Source: Opitutus sp.
GTDB taxonomy: Bacteria; Verrucomicrobiota; Verrucomicrobiia; Opitutales; Opitutaceae
Reading direction: 5' to 3'
NCBI GenBank assembly: GCA_035549975.1
Contig: DASZPP010000121.1
Location: forward strand, 1-54,301
DNA: 54,301 nt
Below the pieces are notes generated by a model. It ran no database searches. It worked only from the letters and a program-made list of their open reading frames with translations, and was not told where the DNA came from. Position 1 is the first letter of the stretch; each line of letters begins with the position of its first letter. This document shows positions 1-10,622 of this stretch, one piece after another. Position numbers and translations under genes: made by a program.

Positions 1-975
1 GTCGACCTGCAGTCGTGGGTTCGCGCGCTTTGGAAGATCGCCAGCCGGCTCCGTCGGGAGCGCATGACGCACGGCAGCCTCGATCTCGACATGCCCGAGA
101 CGAAAATCTTCGTCGACGAACAGGGCTACGCCGACCGCCTCGAAACAATCGAGCAGGACGAGAGCCACCAGCTCATCGAGGAGTTCATGCTCGCCGCCAA
201 TGAGGCCGTGGCCCGACTCACGCGCACGCAGCATCTGCCGTCGCTCTACCGCGTGCACGACGAGCCCGACCCGGAAAAGCTCGACGAATACCGCCAGCTC
301 CTCGGCACGTTCGACATCGACGCCGGCGACCTCACCCGCCGCGAGAACGTCGTCCGGCTTCTCCAGACGCTCCGCACGCATCCGCAGGGCTACACGCTCC
401 GCACGCAGTTGCTCCGCAGCCTGCGCAAGGCCGCCTACCGCGCCACGCCCGACGGCCACTACGGCCTCAACAAAAAAGACTACACCCACTTCACGTCGCC
501 GATCCGCCGCTACTCCGACCTCGTCGTGCATCGCGTCCTCGGCTTCTACCTCGCCAAGCACGAGGGCCAGCCCGCCGCGCGCGACCGCCCGGCCTACAAC
601 CTCGCCGGCGTCGAGCGCCTCGGCGAACACCTCAGCCTCACCGAAATCAACAGCGCCGAGGCCGAGCGCGAGAGCGTGAAGATCAAGCTGCTCGAATTTT
701 TCGAGCGCGAGCTCGCGAAGAAAAAGAAGACCCCGTTCACCGCCGTCATCACCGACGTCCGCCAGAACGGTTTCTTCGTCGAACTCGTCGAGTCGATGAC
801 CTTCGGCTTCGTCGCCGCCTCCGCGCTCGCCGACGATTACTACGCCGCCAATAACGCCGGCACGATGCTCGTCGGCCGCAAGCACAAGCGCCGCTTCGCC
901 CTCAACGACCGCCTCGAGGTCGTCGTCGACAAGGTCGACCGCTTCAAGCGCCTGATCGACTTCCGCCCGGCCTGA
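1..975 (+). CDS. rnr: Ribonuclease R (RNB domain + C-terminal S1), 5'-truncated by the window edge
   Basis: Frame open from base 1; motifs LIEEFMLAANEAVA, LYRVH, GHYGL, YTHFTSPIRRYSDLVVHR and a C-terminal S1 domain. Confidence 0.95.
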   Translation, partial: VDLQSWVRALWKIASRLRRERMTHGSLDLDMPETKIFVDEQGYADRLETIEQDESHQLIEEFMLAANEAVARLTRTQHLPSLYRVHDEPDPEKLDEYRQLLGTFDIDAGDLTRRENVVRLLQTLRTHPQGYTLRTQLLRSLRKAAYRATPDGHYGLNKKDYTHFTSPIRRYSDLVVHRVLGFYLAKHEGQPAARDRPAYNLAGVERLGEHLSLTEINSAEAERESVKIKLLEFFERELAKKKKTPFTAVITDVRQNGFFVELVESMTFGFVAASALADDYYAANNAGTMLVGRKHKRRFALNDRLEVVVDKVDRFKRLIDFRPA

Positions 976-986
976 GTGCCGCAGAC

Positions 987-1100
987 GAAAGCTCCAAGCC
1001 CCAGGATCCAAACTCCAGAGAACCTTCAAACACCAAGCCTCCAGTTGAGAAATCGGGCTTGGCCGTTCTCTGGAGCTTGGTGTTTGGATCTTGGAGTTTC
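987..1100. repeat. Imperfect inverted repeat of ~7-nt units (TCCAAG/TCCAAA ... TTGGAG/TTGGTG) between convergent genes
   Basis: CTCCAGAGAA (1013-1022) pairs with TTCTCTGGAG (1066-1075); CAAACACCAAGC pairs with GCTTGGTGTTTG. Confidence 0.75.
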
Positions 1101-1591
1101 TACACCCCCGCCCCGCAGCACTTCTTGTATTTCTTCCCGCTGCCGCACGGGCACGGATCGTTCCGCCCGACCTTCGGCGTCTCCCGTCGCACCGTCGTGC
1201 CGCGCGGCGCCTCCTGTCCCGCATAGACCCACTTCCCGTCCTCGCGCGTGAAAATCGCCGTCTCCAGGTGTTCGTGCTCCTGGCCTTCGCTCCGGAATCG
1301 CGCGGAAAACTCCACCAGCCCTTCGCCATCCTCCGGCCCGCCTTTTTCCGTCCGCAGGATTTTCAGCCCGAGCCACTCGGACTTCTCCGACCACCGGCGC
1401 GCGTCCGCTTCCGAGTAATCCTTCCGCTGCGCCGTCGACAGCGACCGCCCGAGATGTTCGAAAGCGTGCTGCGCGTAAGCCGAGTAGCGCGAGCGCATCA
1501 ATGCCTCCGCCGTCGGCGCCGCCGCGCCGGCGATGATCGGTTCGCAACAGGTTTCGTAGCTCCGGCCGGAGCCGCATGGGCAATCACTCAT
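1100..1591 (-). CDS. YchJ/UPF0225 family protein with N- and C-terminal SEC-C motifs
   Basis: Starts MSDCPCGSG at ATG 1591; [20 protein letters not shown], and [18 protein letters not shown]. Confidence 0.92.
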   Translation of the reverse strand: MSDCPCGSGRSYETCCEPIIAGAAAPTAEALMRSRYSAYAQHAFEHLGRSLSTAQRKDYSEADARRWSEKSEWLGLKILRTEKGGPEDGEGLVEFSARFRSEGQEHEHLETAIFTREDGKWVYAGQEAPRGTTVRRETPKVGRNDPCPCGSGKKYKKCCGAGV

Positions 1592-1916
1592 GCCGCCGCT
1601 TATCGAAGGTCGGCGCGCACCGTGCAATCCCGGAAACGGATCCCGTCGGGCGACGCCGCCCTCAAACGTGGATGTCGGGCGGGGTCTCCCGATATAGAGA
1701 CCCCAAAAACCCGAGCCCCGCCCCGCCAAAATCCACACGGGAAATCCCAATCGCTGCGCAGCCGCGCCTGCGCATTCCATGCTACAGAAGGCGGTCACCG
1801 CGCACTTCAACCGACGAACGCCCCACCTTCGCTCATGAAATGACGCCTTGCGCTCCCAGTCGCACTGCAGGCTCGCACCGCGCCGTTCCCGGCCCGGACC
1901 GCGCGACTTCCCCCTC

Positions 1917-3392
1917 ATGAGCGCCGCATCCAATCCCCACTGGCGCGCGCCGCACAACTGGGCCCGCCTGCCGCGCGCCGCGCCGCCGAAGCGTTCCGCG
2001 GCCGAGCGCGTCGCCGACTTTCTCGAAATCTACGCCGAGTTCGACGAGGCCACCGCCCGCGAGGAAGCGAGCCGCTGCATCCAGTGCCCGAATCCCACCT
2101 GCATGCAGGGCTGCCCGCTGTCGAACCGCATTCCCGAATGGCTCGCCCTCACGGCCGAGGGTCACTTCCTCGAAGCCGCCACGCTCTCGCGTTCCACCAG
2201 CAATATGCCCGAGCTTTGCTCGCGCGTCTGCCCGCAGGAGCGCCTCTGCGAAGGCTCGTGCATTCTCAACGGCCCCGGCGAGCCCGTCGCCATCGGCGCG
2301 ATCGAACGTTTCATCAACGAATACGCCTTCCGCCGCGACGCCGTCCACGCCGCCCCCGCCGAACCCAACGGCCGCACCGCCGCCGTCATTGGCGCCGGCC
2401 CGGGCGGACTCGCGTGCGCCGACGAGCTCGCGAAGCTCGGCTACGCCGTCACCGTGTTCGAGGCCAGCCTCGTGCCCGGCGGGCTGCTCGTGCGCGGCAT
2501 CCCCTCGTTCAAACTGGAAAAACACCTCGTCGCCCGCCGCGTCGAGGTCCTCAAGGAGCGCGGTGTCCGCTTTCTCCTCGGCATGCGCATCGGCCGCAAT
2601 CTCTCGCTCGCGCACCTGCAGCACGATTTCGACGCGATCTTTCTCGGCGTCGGCGCGCAACAGGCCAAGCCGCTCGACGTGCCCGGCGCCGATGTCGCGG
2701 GCGTGCACCAGGGCCTGCCGTTTCTGGTCGAGAAAAACGTCCAGCTTCCGTTCGACCATTCGCCGATCGAGGTGTTCGGCAAACGCGTCGTCGTCCTCGG
2801 CGGCGGCGACACGGCGATGGATTGCCTTCGCACCGCGATCCGCGGCCGCGCCCGCGAGGCCGTCTGCCTCTATCGTCGCGATCTCGCCAACATGCCCGGC
2901 AGCCGGAAGGAATACGCCAACGCCCTCGAGGAGGGCGCCCGCTTCGAATTCCTCGTCAACCCCGTCGCCCTCGAGTCCGACGCCGGCGGACACGTCACCG
3001 CCGTCCGCTGCGTCCGCATGGAGCTCGGCGCGCCCGACGCCAGTGGCCGCCGCCGCCCGCGGCCGGTCGCCGGCTCGGAATTCCTCCAGCCCGCCGACGT
3101 CGTGTTGATCGCCTTCGGCTTCGATCCCGCGCCGTTCCCCGCCGACAGCGATTTTGCCGCGATCCAGACCAACGACTGGGGTGGCATCGTCGTCGATGCG
3201 AATCAGATGACGAGCATCCCCGGCGTGTTCGCCGGCGGCGATTCCGTCCGCGGCCCGAGCCTCGTCGTTCACGCCGTGCGCGACGCCCGCCGCGCCGCCG
3301 CGGCGATCGACCGCTACCTCGCGCAAAAACCCGCGCGCGGTCCCGTCGCATCAGTCTCGTCCGGCCCCGCCGACTCCTTCGCCGCGCCCTGA
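1917..3392 (+). CDS. gltD: Glutamate synthase small-subunit-like NAD(P)H/FAD/Fe-S oxidoreductase (GltD family)
   Basis: [56 protein letters not shown]; no gltB adjacent. Confidence 0.85.
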   Translation: MSAASNPHWRAPHNWARLPRAAPPKRSAAERVADFLEIYAEFDEATAREEASRCIQCPNPTCMQGCPLSNRIPEWLALTAEGHFLEAATLSRSTSNMPELCSRVCPQERLCEGSCILNGPGEPVAIGAIERFINEYAFRRDAVHAAPAEPNGRTAAVIGAGPGGLACADELAKLGYAVTVFEASLVPGGLLVRGIPSFKLEKHLVARRVEVLKERGVRFLLGMRIGRNLSLAHLQHDFDAIFLGVGAQQAKPLDVPGADVAGVHQGLPFLVEKNVQLPFDHSPIEVFGKRVVVLGGGDTAMDCLRTAIRGRAREAVCLYRRDLANMPGSRKEYANALEEGARFEFLVNPVALESDAGGHVTAVRCVRMELGAPDASGRRRPRPVAGSEFLQPADVVLIAFGFDPAPFPADSDFAAIQTNDWGGIVVDANQMTSIPGVFAGGDSVRGPSLVVHAVRDARRAAAAIDRYLAQKPARGPVASVSSGPADSFAAP

Positions 3393-3424
3393 TGGCAACG
3401 GCACCGAATCCGCCCGTCGCAGCA

Positions 3425-3450
3425 GGTGGAACCCGACGCCCTCGTCGGCT
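3425..3450 (+). repeat. REP-like palindrome GG(T/C)GGAACCCGACG(C/T)CCTCGTCGGCT, copy 1
   Basis: 24/26 identical to 14002-14027; internal CCGACG/CGTCGG hairpin; just downstream of a stop codon. Confidence 0.7.
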
Positions 3451-3613
3451 TGTTTCGCAGTCAACCGGCTCCCGCCCGACGACGACACCGCCCTCCGCGT
3501 TTCGCTTCGAACCTTCGCTTTCCGTCGCGCACGCCGGGCTTCAAATTTGAAATTCGCGCCCATCCGCGCCACTTGTTCGGCTGCGGCGCGTCCACCTCTC
3601 CGGCTCCCAGCCT

Positions 3614-4141
3614 ATGAAACACTACGATTTCTCCACCCGCTTCCACCAAACCTATCACAAGGCCGTCGCCCTCTACGGCAAAGGCCAGCGCGGCGCCGAC
3701 ACGCTTTTTTCGGCCGACGAAAAACTCTGGCTCGCCGCCAACGGCCTCACGCCGCAGCACATCTACGACTACGCCGAGGATCACAACAGCTACTCCGGCG
3801 AACCCGGTTACGACATCGCCCTCGGCATCGAACTGGTTCGCCGCGATTATTTCCTGAACGTGCAAGCCGGCCGCGCCTCCACCACGGCCATCGACGAGGC
3901 AAATCTTCCCGCCAAGACCGACGCGGTCAAAGGCATCGAGTGGCTGCCGCGGATCCTCCCGAAAGCCCGGGCCAAGCTCCGCGGCGAACTGCCCGCCTCG
4001 CTCATGTATTGCTGCGGCGGCGATCGCAAATTCTTCAAGGCCCATGACATTCTTCCCGCCGAATTTCTCGCCGTCGTCTGGCGCCATGAAAACGACGACG
4101 ATGCGATCGTCGACTGGGTCGTTCGCCGCAGCGGAAAATAA
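3614..4141 (+). CDS. DUF5069-like hypothetical protein
   Basis: GIEWLPRILPKARAKLRGEL..MYCCGGDRKFF motif recalled from Verrucomicrobia DUF5069 proteins. Confidence 0.7.
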   Translation: MKHYDFSTRFHQTYHKAVALYGKGQRGADTLFSADEKLWLAANGLTPQHIYDYAEDHNSYSGEPGYDIALGIELVRRDYFLNVQAGRASTTAIDEANLPAKTDAVKGIEWLPRILPKARAKLRGELPASLMYCCGGDRKFFKAHDILPAEFLAVVWRHENDDDAIVDWVVRRSGK

Positions 4142-4190
4142 ATGGAGCGGCGGGCACGGCGCTTCGGCGGTCACAGACCGCCGCTCCATT
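4141..4190. repeat. REPIN-like hairpin
   Basis: Perfect 13-bp IR AATGGAGCGGCGG/CCGCCGCTCCATT with inner CGGCGGTC-ACA-GACCGCCG; related motifs near 38510 and 39522. Confidence 0.75.
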
Positions 4191-4294
4191 CCCCCGTCTG
4201 CAACTTTTCGCAGCTTCCCGCGTCAGCCGGTTGACCGCGGCCGGGAGCGCCACACACTTCTTTGCGTCCTCCCGGACTGTTTCCCGTTCCACCC

Positions 4295-4801
4295 ATGAGC
4301 AAGTTCACCCTGCACGTAAATGGCCAGTCCCGCACCGTGGACGTGGCTTCCGACACCCCGCTTCTTTGGGTCCTGCGCGACCACCTCGACCTCGTCGGGA
4401 CGAAATTCGGCTGCGGCATCGGCCAGTGCGGCGCCTGCACCGTGCACCTCGACGGCGTGCCGACCCGCGCCTGTCTCACGCCAGTGTCGACGGCCACCGG
4501 GATGAAGATCACGACGATCGAGGGGCTCGCGACCGACGCCGCGCACCTCCACCCGCTGCAACAGGCCTGGTGCGAGATCGATGTTCCGCAATGCGGCTAT
4601 TGCCAGGCGGGCCAGATCATGACCGCCGCGGCGTTGCTCAAGCGCAACCCGCACCCGTCCGACGCCGAGATCGACGACGCGATGGCCGGCAACCTCTGCC
4701 GTTGCGCCACCTACTACCGCATTCGCCAGGGCATCCACCGCGCCGCCGAAATCGCCGTGGCGCAGGAATCGCATCAGCCCGCAACGGAGGCCGTCTCATG
4801 A
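4295..4801 (+). CDS. iorA: (2Fe-2S)-binding small subunit of an isoquinoline-1-oxidoreductase-type molybdoenzyme
   Basis: [43 protein letters not shown]. Confidence 0.9.
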   Translation: MSKFTLHVNGQSRTVDVASDTPLLWVLRDHLDLVGTKFGCGIGQCGACTVHLDGVPTRACLTPVSTATGMKITTIEGLATDAAHLHPLQQAWCEIDVPQCGYCQAGQIMTAAALLKRNPHPSDAEIDDAMAGNLCRCATYYRIRQGIHRAAEIAVAQESHQPATEAVS

Positions 4802-7035
4802 GCGCACCGGTGCTGTCCGAAAAATCCCTCGACCGTCGCGGCTTCCTGAAAATTTCCGCCCTCACCGGCGGCGGCCTCGTGCTCGGCTTTTACCTCAACG
4901 GCCGTGCCTTCGGTGCCGACATCGTCAACGCCTCCAAGGAAGTCCCGGCCGGCGATTTTGCGCCCGGCGTGTTCATCCGCATCGCCCCGAGCGGCCTCGT
5001 CACCCTCGTCTCGAAAAATCCCGAGTGCGGTCAGGGCGTCAAGACCTCGCTGCCGATGATCATCGCGGAGGAGCTGGGCGTCGACTGGAAGGACGTCACC
5101 GTCGAGCAGGCCGACCTCACGCCGGACTACAGCCGCCCCTGGTATGGCGCCGGCGGCAGCGGCGGGACTCCGAACCATTACGATCTGTTCCGCCAGGCCG
5201 GCGCGACCGCGCGCACGATGCTCACGACCGCCGCCGCGCAAACATGGAGCGTGCCGGAATCCGAGTGCTACGCGGAGGACAGTGCGATTCATCACCGCCC
5301 GACCAGCCGCAAGCTCGGCTACGGCGAACTCGTTGCCAAGGCCTCCATCCTTCCTGTGCCCGACCAGAGCGCGGTGAAACTCAAGGATCCCGCCGACTTC
5401 AAGCTTCTGGGCCGCCGCATTTCCGGCGTGGACAATCCCGCGCTCGTCACCGGCCATCCGCTTTTCGGCATCGACACGAAGCTGCCCGGCCTGCTCTACG
5501 CCGTTTACGAAAAATGCCCGGTCTTCGGCGGCAAGGTGAAGAGCGCCAACACCGACCGCGTCAAATCGCTGCCCGGCGTCCGCGAGGTTTTCGTGATCGA
5601 AGGCACCGACGACGTGAACGGCCTCGTGCCCGGCGTGGCGATCGTCGCCGATTCGACCTGGGCCGCGTTCAGCGCCCGCAAACAACTCCGCGTCACCTGG
5701 GACGAGGGCCGGCACGCGGCGGACAACTGGGACGACTTCGCCGCCAAGGCCGGGGAGATTTCCAAGCAACCCGGCGCCGTCCAGCTCCGCAACGACGGCG
5801 ACACCGCCGCGGCGCTCGCGAGCGCGGCCAAAGTCGTCGAGGCGGCCTACAGCTATCCGTTCATCTCGCACGCGAATCTCGAGCCGCAGAACTGCACCGC
5901 GTGGTTCAAGGACGGCGGCTTCGAAATCTGGGCGCCCACCCAGAATCCCGGCTCCGGCCAGGGTCTCATCCACAAGGTGCTCGGCGTGCCGCCGGAAAAG
6001 ATTCTCGTGCACGTCACGCGCATCGGCGGCGGATTCGGCCGGCGGCTCAGCAGCGATTTCATCATCGAGGCGGCCGCGATCGCCCAGCGCGTCAACGCTC
6101 CCGTGAAGCTCCAGTGGACCCGCGAGGACGACTTTCACCACGACCACTACCGGCCCGGCGGCTTTCACTTTTTCAAAGGCGGCCTCGATGCCTCCGGCAA
6201 GCTTGTCGCCTGGCACAATCATTTCGTCACCTTCGGCAACACGACGGACAAGGCCGGCAGCGGCGGCTGGCTCGGCGGCGACGAATTTCCCGGCCGCTGG
6301 GTGCCGAACTTTCACGGCGAGACCACCACCCTCGAAACCGGCGTGCCGATGGGCCCGTGGCGCGCCCCCGGCAGCAACACGTTCGCGTTCGTGATCCAGG
6401 GTTTTCTCGACGAGCTGGCGCATGCCGCCGGCCGCGACCCCGTCGAGTTCCGCCTCGACGTGCTCGGCGATCGCGACCTCATGCCCGGCACCGGCGAGCA
6501 CGGCCAGCCCTACAACGTCGCCCGCATGCGCGGCGTGCTGAAGTTGGCCGCCGCGAAGGCGGCCTGGGGCAAAAAACTTCCCCGCGGCCAGGGCCAGGGC
6601 GTCGCGTTTCACTTCAGCCACCGCGGCTATTTCGCGCAGGTCGCGGATGTCACCGTCTCGCAGGACGGCACGCTCAAGGTCGACCGCGTTGTCTGCGCCT
6701 GCGACATCGGCGCGCAGGTCGTCAACCTCAGCGGCGCTGAAAATCAGGTCGAGGGCTCGATCGTCGACGGGCTCGGCACCGCGATGTTCCAGGAGTTGAA
6801 CATCGACCGCGGCCGGGTCGTGCAGGCAAATTTCAACGAATACCCGATGATCCGCATGCCCGACACGCCGCCGAAAATCGAGGTTCATTTCCTGCGGACG
6901 GACTATCCGACGACCGGCCTCGGCGAACCTGCGCTCCCGCCGCTCGCCCCCGCCGTCGCCAATGCCGTCTTCGCCGCCACCGGCAAACGCATCCGCACGC
7001 TTCCGTTCAGCAAGACCGACCTGAGCTGGAGTTGA
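4798..7035 (+). CDS. iorB: Molybdopterin-binding large subunit (IorB type, xanthine oxidase family), Tat-exported
   Basis: ATGA overlap with iorA; Tat motif DRRGFLK; [36 protein letters not shown]. Confidence 0.88.
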   Translation: MSAPVLSEKSLDRRGFLKISALTGGGLVLGFYLNGRAFGADIVNASKEVPAGDFAPGVFIRIAPSGLVTLVSKNPECGQGVKTSLPMIIAEELGVDWKDVTVEQADLTPDYSRPWYGAGGSGGTPNHYDLFRQAGATARTMLTTAAAQTWSVPESECYAEDSAIHHRPTSRKLGYGELVAKASILPVPDQSAVKLKDPADFKLLGRRISGVDNPALVTGHPLFGIDTKLPGLLYAVYEKCPVFGGKVKSANTDRVKSLPGVREVFVIEGTDDVNGLVPGVAIVADSTWAAFSARKQLRVTWDEGRHAADNWDDFAAKAGEISKQPGAVQLRNDGDTAAALASAAKVVEAAYSYPFISHANLEPQNCTAWFKDGGFEIWAPTQNPGSGQGLIHKVLGVPPEKILVHVTRIGGGFGRRLSSDFIIEAAAIAQRVNAPVKLQWTREDDFHHDHYRPGGFHFFKGGLDASGKLVAWHNHFVTFGNTTDKAGSGGWLGGDEFPGRWVPNFHGETTTLETGVPMGPWRAPGSNTFAFVIQGFLDELAHAAGRDPVEFRLDVLGDRDLMPGTGEHGQPYNVARMRGVLKLAAAKAAWGKKLPRGQGQGVAFHFSHRGYFAQVADVTVSQDGTLKVDRVVCACDIGAQVVNLSGAENQVEGSIVDGLGTAMFQELNIDRGRVVQANFNEYPMIRMPDTPPKIEVHFLRTDYPTTGLGEPALPPLAPAVANAVFAATGKRIRTLPFSKTDLSWS

Positions 7036-7065
7036 CGGGCGGCGTTGCCGCGCTCTCTTTCCACC

Positions 7066-7554
7066 ATGATCACGTCGCGCCGCGATTACCTGATGCGCCT
7101 CATCGACGAGGTGGGCCGGATCCTGGCGCGGATCGTGTTCAAACGGCGCAAGGGCGACACGGACGACTCGGCGCTCGAGACCGTGGTGTTTGGCTTCCAG
7201 CGCCTGTTCGACATGGGCGCCGACCAGATTTTCATGCTCACGCCGACCCAGCATTTCGAGATGCTCGTGCGCGACGAGTCGCCGGATTTCGCGCGCGACA
7301 AGGTCCTGCTCTACGCCGCGCTTTGCACCGAGGCCGGTCACATCTACGCGCGTATGGGCAGCCGCGACAAGGCGACGGCGACGTTTTCGACCGCGCTCAA
7401 CTTCACCCTGAGGGCGCGCGCACAATTCCCGTCGGAAGGCTGGCCGGATTACGCGCCGAGCGTCACCGATCTGGTGGACGCCCTCGGCGACACGCCGCTC
7501 GATTCCGCCACGAACGAACTGCTGGCCGCCGCCGGCATGCCGCACAAGCTGTAG
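7066..7554 (+). CDS. Hypothetical helical protein (DUF6483-like)
   Basis: N-terminal RDYLMRLIDEVGRILARI; typical codon usage. Confidence 0.65.
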   Translation: MITSRRDYLMRLIDEVGRILARIVFKRRKGDTDDSALETVVFGFQRLFDMGADQIFMLTPTQHFEMLVRDESPDFARDKVLLYAALCTEAGHIYARMGSRDKATATFSTALNFTLRARAQFPSEGWPDYAPSVTDLVDALGDTPLDSATNELLAAAGMPHKL

Positions 7555-7632
7555 GGCGGGGTCTCCCGACCCCGCCGTTCTCTGCTCCGTGCAGGCCATT
7601 GCGCCAGGCGGCATCGGGAGATGCCGCCCTAC
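7551..7632. repeat. GTAG-type REP doublet (REPIN)
   Basis: GTAGGGCGGGGTCTCCCGACCCCGCC ... GGCGGCATCGGGAGATGCCGCCCTAC in inverted orientation; related half at ~1672-1705. Confidence 0.85.
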
Positions 7633-7644
7633 AATGGCCCGCCC

Positions 7645-9846
7645 TTACCCGAACAATTCCCCCTGTTCCACCGCCGGCTTCACGCCGAGAAAAACTCCAT
7701 ACCGCTCCAGCCAGTCGTCGAGCTTCGCGGTGTAATAGACCGGATCGTAGGGCGCCGCCACCGGATCGTAGAGCGCCAGCGCGCGGGCTCGCTGCCAGTC
7801 GTTCGTCCGGCCCTTCGCCTTGGGCGTGATGTAGTAGCTCACGCGATCGCCCATCCGCGGGCGCGGATTCAACTGCAGCGCCGCCTCCGCCGACGCCCGC
7901 CGCGGCTTCCCCACTTCCGCCATCAATCGCTCATAGGCGGTGGGATTCTGGCTCAGCGTTTCGCTTTTCGCGAGCTCCTCGACCGGCACCGCCCGCTGCG
8001 CCAGCCGCGCCCGGTAATCCTCGAGCAACCCGAGCGGCGATTCCGCCGACGCACCGACGAGGAATGTGATCAACTGGTCGCTCAGTTTCTTCAGAAACGG
8101 CTCGATCCCGCGCGACCGCAGCGCGCTGCCGCGCAGCGTGATTTTCCTTCCGTCGTAGAGCGCGTAGTTCTTCGCCTTGTAGCACCACATCGCCTCGTAG
8201 CGCCCGTCGTATTCCAGCTCGATGCCCTCCGGCAAAATCGTCTCCACAAGCGCGAGCAATTCCTCCGGCTTTTCGTGATAGTGCTGCGATGAAAGATAAA
8301 TCCCGTCCGTGTCCGCCTCCAGGATCGTGCAGCCGTGCTTTGCGAACTCGTCGATGAGCGTCTGGAGGAGTTCGCGTCCGCGCCGCGTCACCTCCGCGGC
8401 CAGTTCGCCGTCGCCGAACCGCGCGCCGGAGAATCCGAGATAGCCGTAGAACGAGTTGATCAAAATCTTGAAGCTCGTCTGCCGCGCCTGCGCCTCGCTG
8501 CGCTCCTCCTCCGTCGCTCCTTCGCGCGCCAGCCGCTTGTAGACGAGACGATACTCGCGCAGCTTCCGCAGCATCGGGATGAAAACCCCGAGCGAATCCG
8601 TCCGCGGATTCCGCCCGATGTGCAGCAGGAGGCTCGGATAAAGCGACGCCACGTCGAAGTGCAGCACGTGGTGAAACACGCCTTCCTGGAAGCTCCGCGT
8701 GTAGCCGCCCTCGAACGGCTTCACCTCCGGCGGCAGCGGGCAGGCCTGGCGCGCGTGGTAGTATTCCTCGAGGAAGAGCAGGTCGATCTTCGACGTCGCG
8801 CCGCGCAGCGTCGCCTCCTGCAACAGCGTCGGAAACGCCCGCGTCTGCTCGAAATAAGTCGGCAACAACTGCTCCGCGATCCCCGCCGTCTCGCGCAGGT
8901 CGTCCTCGAGATATGCGCGGAACTGCCCGCGGTCCGCCTGAAACACCTCCTGGATCCGGTGCCCTTCGATGTAGGTCCGCGTGAGGCTGTCCTCCTCCGT
9001 CACGCCGAAATACACCGCCGCCTCCTTCAACCCATACGAGGTCATCTCCCGCGTCGTGATGTCGTAAAGCTGCACGAGCAGATACGTGTCCACGATCGCC
9101 CGTCCGGGCAGGTCGCAGCGCAGGAAATCGATCCACCGCTCCGCCACCTTCAGCCGGCTGCTCCGGAAACTCGCCTTCTGTCCGTAGCGGCCCCACATCG
9201 CCGGCACCTTGAAGCGCCGGCCGCGCTGCCGCAGGTAATCGAAATCGAATTTGAACACGTTGTGCCCCTCGATCACGTCGGGATCGATTTCCGCCAGCAC
9301 GTGGTTGAACTGCTCCAGCAGCCGCTTCTCCGCCTCGTCCGTCAGGTCCTCGATTTCGAGCAGCCGGCTTTGGCCGCCGCAACGCAGCCCGATCGCGAGC
9401 ACGCGGTCGCCCGGCCGCGCCGGATCGCAGAAGCCGCCCTTCGACGACGCCGTCTCGATGTCGAACTGGCAGCGCCGCAACTGGTGAAACGCCAGGTTGC
9501 GATACAGCCGTTCCTTTTGCTGCAAAAGAAACTGGCTCTCGATCGGCCGGATCGCGTCGACGCCCACGCCCGCGCTCCGCGCCTGCCGCAGGAACGCATC
9601 ATACGCGCCGAGATCGTCCGCGTGCACCAGCCGGTTGAACGGTCCGTCGCCGCGCAGCGGTTCGAGCCGCACGTCCACGATGATCGCGTCGGCCGGCGTG
9701 TCGTCGAGCCACGCGAACGGACTGAAGTCGCCCGCCCGCGTCTCGCGCCGCCCATCCGCGAGCGCCACCGTCGTGTGCACACCGCCGTCCTCGTCGATCC
9801 ACACTCCGCAGAGTGAGTCAGTAACCTTCGGAGTATCGGGTGTCAT
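7645..9846 (-). CDS. polB: Family B DNA polymerase with 3'-5' exonuclease domain
   Basis: ExoI FDIET, ExoII HN.FKFDFDY, ExoIII YLEDD; pol motifs FDVASLYPS, KILINSFYGYLG, EADTDG, KAKNYA. Confidence 0.92.
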   Translation of the reverse strand: MTPDTPKVTDSLCGVWIDEDGGVHTTVALADGRRETRAGDFSPFAWLDDTPADAIIVDVRLEPLRGDGPFNRLVHADDLGAYDAFLRQARSAGVGVDAIRPIESQFLLQQKERLYRNLAFHQLRRCQFDIETASSKGGFCDPARPGDRVLAIGLRCGGQSRLLEIEDLTDEAEKRLLEQFNHVLAEIDPDVIEGHNVFKFDFDYLRQRGRRFKVPAMWGRYGQKASFRSSRLKVAERWIDFLRCDLPGRAIVDTYLLVQLYDITTREMTSYGLKEAAVYFGVTEEDSLTRTYIEGHRIQEVFQADRGQFRAYLEDDLRETAGIAEQLLPTYFEQTRAFPTLLQEATLRGATSKIDLLFLEEYYHARQACPLPPEVKPFEGGYTRSFQEGVFHHVLHFDVASLYPSLLLHIGRNPRTDSLGVFIPMLRKLREYRLVYKRLAREGATEEERSEAQARQTSFKILINSFYGYLGFSGARFGDGELAAEVTRRGRELLQTLIDEFAKHGCTILEADTDGIYLSSQHYHEKPEELLALVETILPEGIELEYDGRYEAMWCYKAKNYALYDGRKITLRGSALRSRGIEPFLKKLSDQLITFLVGASAESPLGLLEDYRARLAQRAVPVEELAKSETLSQNPTAYERLMAEVGKPRRASAEAALQLNPRPRMGDRVSYYITPKAKGRTNDWQRARALALYDPVAAPYDPVYYTAKLDDWLERYGVFLGVKPAVEQGELFG

Positions 9847-9922
9847 TCTGGGCGAACCGAAAGATCCAGCGGTAAACCGCGCCAGCGGATGTCCGCTGGA
9901 TTCTTCGCTTCGCTCGCAATGA
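9842..9922. repeat. GTCATTC...AATGA palindromic element, copy 1
   Basis: GTCATTCTGGGCGAACCGAAAGATCCAGCGG ... CCGCTGGATTCTTCGCTTCGCTCGCAATGA; shares 16 nt with 11386-11467. Confidence 0.85.
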
Positions 9923-9953
9923 AAGACCAAAACCTGGCGGAAGCTTCAATGCT

Positions 9954-10304
9954 TCAAAACGACGGCTGCCAATAAACCATCGCCAGCGCCACCGCCGCGA
10001 AGACGAGCGTCAGCACGATCCACAGCGAGGCCTTGGCCCGCCGCCGATACGCCACCCCGGTGAACGCCGACAGCCCCAGCCAGCACACGAGCTTCACCCA
10101 GATCCAGCCCGGCATCCCATGGTAGATTCCCTGCGCCATCCGGATGCCGGTCAACAGCACCAGCAGCGACGCGATGCCGCCCCACATCAGCGCCCGCTTC
10201 CGCGTTTCCGGCGCTCCCGCACACGCATAGAAAACCGTCCCGGCGAGGCCGATCAGGGAGAGGAGGTGGACGACGTGAAGCGCGTTATATTCGCCGGGAT
10301 TCAT
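9954..10304 (-). CDS. Small 4-TM membrane protein of unknown function
   Basis: 116 aa, four hydrophobic segments, WIWVKLVCWL motif. Confidence 0.75.
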   Translation of the reverse strand: MNPGEYNALHVVHLLSLIGLAGTVFYACAGAPETRKRALMWGGIASLLVLLTGIRMAQGIYHGMPGWIWVKLVCWLGLSAFTGVAYRRRAKASLWIVLTLVFAAVALAMVYWQPSF

Positions 10305-10366
10305 GGGAAACTGGAAGGCCGGCCGGACCGGCGGACGTAAGTCGGAAATCGAAAATCAAAAATAAA

Positions 10367-10555
10367 GGTGACACCCCGCCTGTGCCGTATGCCCAAAGGC
10401 TCAGGACCTTTTTATGTCAAGGTGGGCGCCTCCTCCACAGCGTCTGTCTTCCGATTTACGGCCGGACATCTTCCGCGGCGGTTTCAGCTCCCGTAATGTT
10501 TCTAAGGCAAAGAGCAGTTATTGAAAGCACCTCGAACACTGCAGGGTGTCGGCGT
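10367..10555 (-). ncRNA. ssrS: 6S RNA
   Basis: ~190-nt lower-GC intergenic segment; minus strand GACACCCTGCAGTGTTCG... closes with ...ACGGCACAGGCGGGGTGTC and contains CCCACCTTGA, matching 6S architecture. Confidence 0.8.
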
Positions 10556-10622
10556 TGAAGGTAGGAGCGCCGCCGCCGCCGTCAAACCGGAACCCCCGAA
10601 TCTTTCACCGCCGGGCGCGAGC

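Noticed and set aside
976-1251. 91-aa ORF after rnr
   Set aside because: Translation of the heptamer repeat plus antisense of the SEC-C gene
4774-7614. Long antisense or alternative-frame ORFs (946 aa here; also 24653-26974, 36313-38196, 30487-32133, 1833-3326)
   Set aside because: Shadow ORFs of GC-rich real genes; Arg/Gly/Ala-rich with no motifs
7645-9930. Prophage or pipolin signalled by PolB, and the longer 761-aa start
   Set aside because: No integrase, att sites or phage genes; the extra N-terminal CERSEESS peptide is translation of the palindromic repeat
10340-10560. tmRNA, tRNA or riboswitch interpretation of the AT-richer intergenic segment
   Set aside because: Too short for tmRNA, no cloverleaf or tag ORF; terminal pairing and motifs fit 6S RNA
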